A DNA stretch of 64,000 nt from a virus. Position numbers and translations under genes: made by a program. The notes below the pieces were generated by a model. The model did no database searches. It was not told the DNA's origin and saw nothing but the letters and a program-made list of their open reading frames with translations. The stretch spans positions 3,440-67,439 of the IMG/VR virus record IMGVR_UViG_3300013113_000534. One strand, written 5' to 3'. Shown in pieces: positions 59,148 to 64,000 of this stretch. The stretch's first letter is position 1. Every line of letters starts with the position of its first letter.

Positions 59148-59822
59148 TTATTGATTTGGGGCTAATAATTCAATTTTTTCTACAAGATATGTAATAATTT
59201 TATCTCTTATCACATCTTCTTTGCTAAACTCTACACTATACACCCCTTTTTTGGAACTCTGCTCGTCTTTAAACAAATTAGCCAACTTAGTAAAACCACT
59301 ACTCCTAATGTCACTCTGCAAACTATCCCCGCATATAAATAACTTACTACCACGACCTATCCTTGTAAGCACAGTAGTCAATTCCCTCACACTCATATTC
59401 TGAGCCTCATCCACAATCACAACCTTATCACGCCATGTACATCCGCGCAAAAAGTTTATCGGCTCCGCTTCTAGTACTCTTTTGTTTTTTAATTGGTCTT
59501 TTTCGGGCTTATTCAATAACTCGTCAACCTTATCAAGTAACGGAGCCATATATGGCCCAAACTTATCATCCATATCTCCTTTCAGAAAACCTATCCCCCT
59601 ATCCGCACTCTCGACAACACTACGCAAATACAATATTTTTAAGTTTTTGTCGCTATTGTATAAATCTAAGGCACTATAAACAGAAAGAAATGTCTTAGCC
59701 GTTCCTGCTGGCCCACCCAGAAATACAATCCGAGTATTGTTGTCTGACATTATGTCATAGAATTCTTTTTGCTTTTTTGTTAATTCAATATGACCCAATA
59801 ACAAGCTGCTGTCTTTTATCAT
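59148..59822 (-). CDS. phoH: PhoH-family ATPase
   Basis: GPAGTAKT, GFLKG, FLRG, DEAQN, TRIG, GDSLQSD. Confidence 0.93.
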   Translation of the reverse strand: MIKDSSLLLGHIELTKKQKEFYDIMSDNNTRIVFLGGPAGTAKTFLSVYSALDLYNSDKNLKILYLRSVVESADRGIGFLKGDMDDKFGPYMAPLLDKVDELLNKPEKDQLKNKRVLEAEPINFLRGCTWRDKVVIVDEAQNMSVRELTTVLTRIGRGSKLFICGDSLQSDIRSSGFTKLANLFKDEQSSKKGVYSVEFSKEDVIRDKIITYLVEKIELLAPNQ

Positions 59823-59836
59823 TGCTTTTTATTTAT

Positions 59837-59841
59837 TACAC
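59837..59841 (-). promoter_or_regulatory. GTGTA promoter motif (one of 10 exact copies plus one CTGTA variant before minus-strand starts)
   Basis: other copies at 20097, 22754, 26007, 42552, 44641, 45986, 48912, 52225, 54204; variant at 48484. Confidence 0.65.
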
Positions 59842-60011
59842 GGGTTTAGCTTTTGTTTTGTTTTATTATGTGGCGCACCGCCACTTTTAATATAAAAATA
59901 ACTTCTTTATGGTGTTCACCACCCCCCGCGCTTTGTCTGCCGAATGCAAAACCCAAAACCTTTGAGAAAACCCCTCCCCTAAAAAAAAATGCATTATATA
60001 CAAAAAAAAGC

Positions 60012-60040
60012 TTTTAATTGTCAGGCATCTGTGCTATACT
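60012..60040 (+). promoter_or_regulatory. early promoter for a leaderless mRNA
   Basis: A-tract, TTTTAA-N17-TATACT, then ATGCCC-ATG. Confidence 0.65.
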
Positions 60041-60046
60041 ATGCCC

Positions 60047-60247
60047 ATGAAAGAAATCAAAACTTCCTTAGTCTCCGATCTAACATTCATTGAAATAGCT
60101 GATACTCTTCGCCCTGATCAGTGGGCTGATTGGTATGTCGAATTCTCTTACAAAGGAAAAGAGTATGAAGGCTCTTTACAGGCTGGAGTTCACAACGAAG
60201 AAGATTTTCACCACGATGTCATCGACAACATCGAAGAAAAAAAATAA
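60047..60247 (+). CDS. early hypothetical protein
   Basis: 66 aa acidic; ATG 6 nt after TATACT. Confidence 0.7.
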   Translation: MKEIKTSLVSDLTFIEIADTLRPDQWADWYVEFSYKGKEYEGSLQAGVHNEEDFHHDVIDNIEEKK

Positions 60248-60301
60248 AAATAATAGCAAAAAAAGCTTTTAATTCATTCTAATACCTGATAAAATACACG
60301 C

Positions 60302-60577
60302 ATGGCAACGATATACACCAACGGAGTAAAAACCAAACACGCAGACGAAATCAAGAGTTTCGTCATCATCTCGAAAACCGATCAAGGCGAAGAGTTTGTT
60401 TGGGGCGAGACCACCAACACAAAAACAGTTGAGAAATTGAACAGTGGTCAGCACTGGGCTTTCCCCGAAGGGAAGTTCGTTCGCGTCGAGGAGTTTGAGA
60501 ACAGAAAGGCTTCTTGGGCTTCCAAGTATGGAGAAAGACTGGAAGTTCTTTATGGTCGCAACTCCCGCCCCCGTTAA
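60302..60577 (+). CDS. early hypothetical protein
   Basis: 91 aa; TAAAAT-N6-ATG. Confidence 0.7.
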   Translation: MATIYTNGVKTKHADEIKSFVIISKTDQGEEFVWGETTNTKTVEKLNSGQHWAFPEGKFVRVEEFENRKASWASKYGERLEVLYGRNSRPR

Positions 60578-60641
60578 AAAAAGTTTTCTTTTTATACGAA
60601 AAGAGCTTGCACCAATCAGAAAAATAAAGTAGAATTCACAC

Positions 60642-60833
60642 ATGACAGCAACCGAAGAAGCACTAGCAGCAATGAAGAAAGCAGAACAAGCGTGGGACGA
60701 GATGGTCAATAGAACCGTTGAAGTCTCAGGCCAGTTCGTAAAAGAATGCCAAGAGTTCCAGAAAGAACAAAAGGAATGGTTCCTTAAAAATGTGCCTGAT
60801 CAGCCGAAGCAAGACCCTAGGTTTCTCGCCTAA
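60642..60833 (+). CDS. early hypothetical protein
   Basis: 63 aa; TTGCAC-N17-TAGAAT-N6-ATG. Confidence 0.7.
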   Translation: MTATEEALAAMKKAEQAWDEMVNRTVEVSGQFVKECQEFQKEQKEWFLKNVPDQPKQDPRFLA

Positions 60834-60860
60834 AAAACAACAAGTAAGAACACTAACACC

Positions 60861-61085
60861 ATGAATCTCCACAATTTTAAATATCAATCCCCAATGGGGA
60901 AAGCTATCTTGATTCTCACCTATCCCATTCTCTTCCCTCATCACATTGGGGAGTGGATGCGTGCGCGTGAGTTGAAGCGAATCATTCGCAAAGGTCTTCC
61001 CGAGGCGTGCAAGAATCCGCAGGGCGTGACTGCGGAAATCGTAGACGAAGCGAGTTGGGAGCTACGCTCGATTTACGGCAAGTAA
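60861..61085 (+). CDS. early hypothetical protein
   Basis: 74 aa, short hydrophobic stretch. Confidence 0.6.
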   Translation: MNLHNFKYQSPMGKAILILTYPILFPHHIGEWMRARELKRIIRKGLPEACKNPQGVTAEIVDEASWELRSIYGK

Positions 61086-61092
61086 AAAGTTT

Positions 61093-61158
61093 GGGTGGCC
61101 TATGGTTTCGACGAGACGCGAGTCTCGGACGGGGGTTCGATCCCCCCGCCATCCACCA
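61093..61158 (+). ncRNA. mini-tmRNA: tRNA-like domain only, no mRNA-like domain
   Basis: acceptor GGGTGGC/GCCATCC with G3:U70, A73, CCA; stemless D-loop ..GGTTTCGA; 6-bp helix closed by a GCGA tetraloop; GAC; T-arm GGGGG-TTCGATC-CCCCC. Confidence 0.85.
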
Positions 61159-61168
61159 AAAAAAATAC

Positions 61169-61321
61169 TTGACACGTTGAGTTTTTATGTTATAAAAAAA
61201 ATCGCTGTAACTCACTGAGTATCAACGAGTTACGGCGAAGCGCCCCGCCCCGCCCCGTAACTGACTGAGTATCAACGACTTACGAAGGTTTTTTCTATAT
61301 CAGAACGAGCCATCGTGTCAA
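61169..61321. repeat. symmetric element copy 1: convergent TTGACA promoters around two 27-bp palindromes
   Basis: palindromes 61207-61233 and 61257-61283; 23-bp GC spacer. Confidence 0.85.
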
Positions 61322-61400
61322 CACTTTTAATGAGAAAAAAAGTTTCTTTTTTATGCAGAAAAAGCTTTTCTTTTGTGAGATTCTCCTCTATACTATGCCC

Positions 61401-61643
61401 ATGTCCGACACCACATCACCTAACTTCCGCACTTACAGAACTAAGCACCTCATTCTCTCAGTCTACCGCACGGGGATGACTTACTTGCACATCTCTATAA
61501 AGAATAGTCAGTGGAGCAGATATAAATTCCAAGCTATCACCCGCGAGCAAGCAGCGAAAGCCCTCCTCGATATCCGCGCAGTCAAACGCGCAGCTAAGAG
61601 AGCAGAGGCCCAAGCCCTTGTTTCTGTCGCTTCTTACCTCTAA
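61401..61643 (+). CDS. early basic hypothetical protein
   Basis: 80 aa; TATACT-ATGCCC-ATG. Confidence 0.7.
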   Translation: MSDTTSPNFRTYRTKHLILSVYRTGMTYLHISIKNSQWSRYKFQAITREQAAKALLDIRAVKRAAKRAEAQALVSVASYL

Positions 61644-61699
61644 AAAAAATCAAAATAATCCTTGCATCAACCCCAAATCTAGAGTAAAATTACCTCGTT

Positions 61700-62032
61700 A
61701 TGAAAAACACCACTACCACCACCACCCGCTTCGATCACTCCCTCTATGGACTCAGCGACGAAGATCTCAAGAAAAAGCTCACCAATCGCGTGGTGACTTA
61801 CTTCAACAGCGACGAGTCCACTGTTAAGAGTGACGGCGTTCGTCAGTTCGTGATCAAGTCCATCGACTACACTGGTCACGCTAAAGGCTCGGGTCGTCGC
61901 TTTATCCAAGGCGAAGTCCAAGACCTCGACGATGGAGGCAAGTCCAAGTTCCGCACCCTGCACGTTGGCGGGATCGAAAAGGTGAAGGGTCGCGTGGCCA
62001 CCGCTTACCAGCTAGCCAAGTCAGTTTTCTAA
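61700..62032 (+). CDS. stand-alone WYL-like/SH3-fold protein
   Basis: TYFNS..GVRQFVI..FIQG..D..FRTLHVGGI; TTGCAT-N17-TAAAAT promoter; biased codons. Confidence 0.55.
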   Translation: MKNTTTTTTRFDHSLYGLSDEDLKKKLTNRVVTYFNSDESTVKSDGVRQFVIKSIDYTGHAKGSGRRFIQGEVQDLDDGGKSKFRTLHVGGIEKVKGRVATAYQLAKSVF

Positions 62033-62047
62033 TGGTGTTGTGTGTCA

Positions 62048-62084
62048 GCCCGTCAGTCTCTTCGGAGGCTGGCGGGTTTTTTTT
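62048..62084 (+). terminator. intrinsic terminator
   Basis: GCCCGTCAGTCTC-TTCG-GAGGCTGGCGGGT followed by a T-run. Confidence 0.85.
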
Positions 62085-62140
62085 GTGTTTTTATGCAAAA
62101 AGATCTTGTGTTTAATTCTTTTCTGGAGTATAATCTCGGC

Positions 62141-62374
62141 ATGGCAACAGTAACACAAGACCAGCTAGCAGAATTCGCATATAAGGCAGCACTCAACAAT
62201 CAGGAGAGCGAAGACTGCCCGACTTCCTACCTTGGGTATATCATACCTGATGAGTTCCCGAATGGAGAGGAATCATATGAGATCTGGGCGATGGCTTACA
62301 AGGAAGGGCTAGAGGACGCTGGGACATACATGGCGCAAGGCGCGGAGGATCGAGCGCGAGACTGGCAAGACTAA
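62141..62374 (+). CDS. early acidic hypothetical protein
   Basis: 77 aa; TTGTGT-N17-TATAAT-N6-ATG. Confidence 0.7.
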   Translation: MATVTQDQLAEFAYKAALNNQESEDCPTSYLGYIIPDEFPNGEESYEIWAMAYKEGLEDAGTYMAQGAEDRARDWQD

Positions 62375-62387
62375 CCACCCCGCGCAA

Positions 62388-62413
62388 GGCTCCCGAAAGG
62401 GAGCTTTTTTTTT
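62388..62413 (+). terminator. intrinsic terminator
   Basis: GGCTCCC-GAAA-GGGAGCT followed by a T-run. Confidence 0.85.
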
Positions 62414-62434
62414 GAATTAAATTAATCTTTTGGG

Positions 62435-62586
62435 TTGACAGCCGCGAGAAAACAACTAATAAGAAAACCCTCGTAACTCACTGAGTATCAAGGAGTTACG
62501 GGCGGGGCGGGGTCGCTCGCTCGTAACTCGTTGAGTATCAAGGACTTACAACGTTTTTTCTTTATAGTAAACGAGAGGAGAGTCAA
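62435..62586. repeat. symmetric element copy 2
   Basis: palindromes 62473-62499 and 62523-62549; TTGACA on +, TTGACT on -. Confidence 0.85.
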
Positions 62587-62665
62587 GCGTTTTTCTAAGA
62601 AAAAAAAATAAGAAAAGATGCAGAAAAAGCTTTTCTTTTTTAAGGTTTTCCTTTATACTATGCCC

Positions 62666-62914
62666 ATGTCCGACCAGAACCAAACCACACTTCCCTTCTC
62701 TGCTGCTAAACTCTTGATCAAAATCTGTCGCCCTGCTGCCAGAGTCGAAGGAACGGAAGATGAACTTTATCCCGATGAATGGGCATTGCATTGCCAGCCT
62801 AGCAACTCCAGAGATCTTCTGACTAAATTGGGCTTGATCACTTGCTTTGCTTGGGTAAACAAAAATCAATATCTTCCCACCGAAAAGGCTTTGAACCTTT
62901 ACTTCAAAGGATAA
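62666..62914 (+). CDS. early hypothetical protein (winged-helix-like end)
   Basis: 82 aa; TATACT-ATGCCC-ATG; LTKLGLI..YLPTEKA. Confidence 0.65.
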   Translation: MSDQNQTTLPFSAAKLLIKICRPAARVEGTEDELYPDEWALHCQPSNSRDLLTKLGLITCFAWVNKNQYLPTEKALNLYFKG

Positions 62915-62955
62915 AAAAATAAATTTAAAAAGGGCTTGCGCCCATCTAATTAGGT

Positions 62956-63165
62956 ATGACCACCGTTAAACAGCTAATCGAACACTTGCAAACCTTACCA
63001 CAAGAAGCGGAAGTTTACGCTCGAAACGAATGTGGCGAGAGTCGCGAATTAGATTTGGATAATTACAATGTTTACGTTTCAGACTTTCGTGAAGGTAAAA
63101 ACCAATTGGTAAAGGAAGGTCACCATCTTTTCGGTAGGGTAATTGTAGACATCGAAACCGAGTAA
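62956..63165 (+). CDS. early hypothetical protein
   Basis: 69 aa, TVKQLIEHLQTLPQEAEV N-terminal motif common in small phage proteins. Confidence 0.75.
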   Translation: MTTVKQLIEHLQTLPQEAEVYARNECGESRELDLDNYNVYVSDFREGKNQLVKEGHHLFGRVIVDIETE

Positions 63166-63185
63166 AAGGAACTCTAAATAAAAAC

Positions 63186-63338
63186 TTGACAAGCCCCGTT
63201 CTTACGCTAAGAAAAAAATCGCTGTAACTCACTGAGTATCAAGGAGTTACGGGCGGGGCGGGGTCGCTCGCTCGTAACTCGTTGAGTATCAAGGACTTAC
63301 GAAGAATTTTTCTTTATCATAATTCTGAAGCATGGCAA
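63186..63338. repeat. symmetric element copy 3
   Basis: palindromes 63224-63250 and 63274-63300; 77-bp core identical to copy 2; TTGACA on +, TTGCCA on -. Confidence 0.85.
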
Positions 63339-63407
63339 GCCCAAAAACAAAAATAAATCAACCTGTCTGACAGCTTAAAAAAAGATTAAAAAAAGATTAA
63401 AAAGGTG

Positions 63408-63436
63408 TTGTGCTGAACGCAAAAATCGTTTATACT
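63408..63436 (+). promoter_or_regulatory. sigma70-type promoter for the tRNA-like RNA
   Basis: A-tract repeats AAAAAAAGATT twice, then TTGTGC-N17-TATACT. Confidence 0.7.
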
Positions 63437-63451
63437 TCCCCCAGCAACAAA

Positions 63452-63567
63452 AGCTCTATAGTTTAAAAAGTAAAACATTCTCCACGACCTCTCGGTATGC
63501 CGAAGTCACTGTAACCCTAATGGTTCAGGCGAGAAAGACAAAGGTGCAATTCCTTTTAGAGCGACCA
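63452..63567 (+). ncRNA. tRNA-like RNA with a 48-nt two-hairpin insert in place of the anticodon loop
   Basis: acceptor (A)GCTCTA/TAGAGC(G)-A-CCA, D stem GTTT/AAAC, anticodon stem TTCTC/GAGAA, T-arm AAAGG-TGCAATT-CCTTT. Confidence 0.75.
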
Positions 63568-63605
63568 ATTTTCCAAACACAAGAACAAGAACTAAATAAT
63601 TAGAT

Positions 63606-63677
63606 ATGAAAGCTAAAGCAACTACTACCATCACGCACGTATTCGATTTTAAGACCCTTACTTGGTTGAAGCGATAA
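63606..63677 (+). CDS. 23-aa peptide
   Basis: MKAKATTTITHVFDFKTLTWLKR after TAATTAGATATG. Confidence 0.4.
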   Translation: MKAKATTTITHVFDFKTLTWLKR

Positions 63678-63716
63678 AGGAGCACTAATATAATTAGGTA
63701 TGAAAGAGAGAGCCGA

Positions 63717-63854
63717 GTGCTTTCTCAGACATCATAAGCCCCAAGGAGCTTGCCGCATGAGTGAAGTTGGGTTAGTCACCAATGTGATCATGTTAACTAC
63801 GGATGACTTCCGTTGGGTGGGTAGAAGGATTCCCACTGGTGTCTGAGAGAGCAT
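63717..63854 (+). ncRNA. candidate multibranch structured RNA
   Basis: 18-bp closing stem GTGCTTTCTCAGACATCA/TGGTGTCTGAGAGAGCAT with G-U pairs, enclosing four hairpins. Confidence 0.55.
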
Positions 63855-63877
63855 TAGGAACTCTAATATAATTAGGT

Positions 63878-64000
63878 ATGAAAGATGATTTTTACATTAC
63901 ACACGATGAAAGAGAGCTTATAATTGAGTGTATTGAAAAAGAAATAAAGGAGACAGAGCCGACAGAAAACGATAATCCGATGTTTGTCGTTCATGCAGAA
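63878..64000 (+). CDS. hypothetical protein (runs off window end)
   Basis: MKDDFYITHDERELIIECIEKEIKETEPTENDNPMFVVHAE.. after TATAATTAGGTATG. Confidence 0.6.
   Translation, partial: MKDDFYITHDERELIIECIEKEIKETEPTENDNPMFVVHAE

Noticed and set aside
657-59822. Stop-codon reassignment, inteins or introns in core genes
   Set aside because: Genes are full length and tightly packed in the standard code using all three stops; no intein or homing endonuclease insertions seen in dnaE, dnaB, nrdA or terL.
61093-61158. Ordinary tRNA-Ala, or an attP copy of a host tmRNA 3' end
   Set aside because: No D stem or 7-nt anticodon loop; it contains both the 5' and 3' tmRNA ends joined by a tetraloop, which an att duplication would not.
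61207-61283. Palindromes as XerCD dif sites
   Set aside because: 27 bp with no match to the dif XerD arm TTATGTTAAAT.
60269-62869. Minus-strand ORFs in the early region and upstream extensions such as MQKKLFF..
   Set aside because: They run through promoters, terminators and repeats; the shared N-termini simply translate the repeated promoter module.
61207-63300. 27-bp palindromic repeats as a CRISPR array
   Set aside because: They occur only in pairs, the spacers are 23 bp and identical or related rather than unique, and there is no cas operon; the Cas4-like gene sits in the replication module.

Overview
The window is part of a large, AT-rich, tailed dsDNA bacteriophage genome read in the standard genetic code. 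No integrase is visible here and the host is not determined, although its promoters are sigma70-type TTGACA/TATAAT. From left to right: (1) 1-660, small genes interleaved with two integron-type attC sites; (2) 657-12620 (-), a replication and recombination operon with a ClpA/C-like ATPase, a DNA polymerase III alpha split into PHP, DEDDh exonuclease and core genes, a Cas4/RecB-like nuclease, primase, DnaB and RecA; (3) 12641-19417 (-), a sugar-nucleotide and glycosyltransferase cluster; (4) Hsp20, nrdAB, then a + strand block with a sigma factor, more glycosyltransferases, an SSB-like gene and a Rad52/Sak-like gene; (5) 30169-59822 (-), the virion module (tail proteins, tape measure, tail tube, neck, capsid, protease/scaffold, portal, TerL, ERCC4 nuclease, second sigma factor, PhoH), with a recurring GTGTA motif before starts; (6) 60000-64000 (+), a probable early region of mostly leaderless small genes with dense non-coding structure. 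The most notable observations are a 66-nt tmRNA reduced to its tRNA-like domain, a tRNA-like RNA whose anticodon loop is replaced by two hairpins, a 138-nt multibranch RNA, three symmetric ~153-bp elements of convergent promoters around twin palindromes, attC cassettes with inverted genes, and a nuclease-like cargo inside the tape measure protein. All calls are by eye from motifs and gene order; no database search was run.
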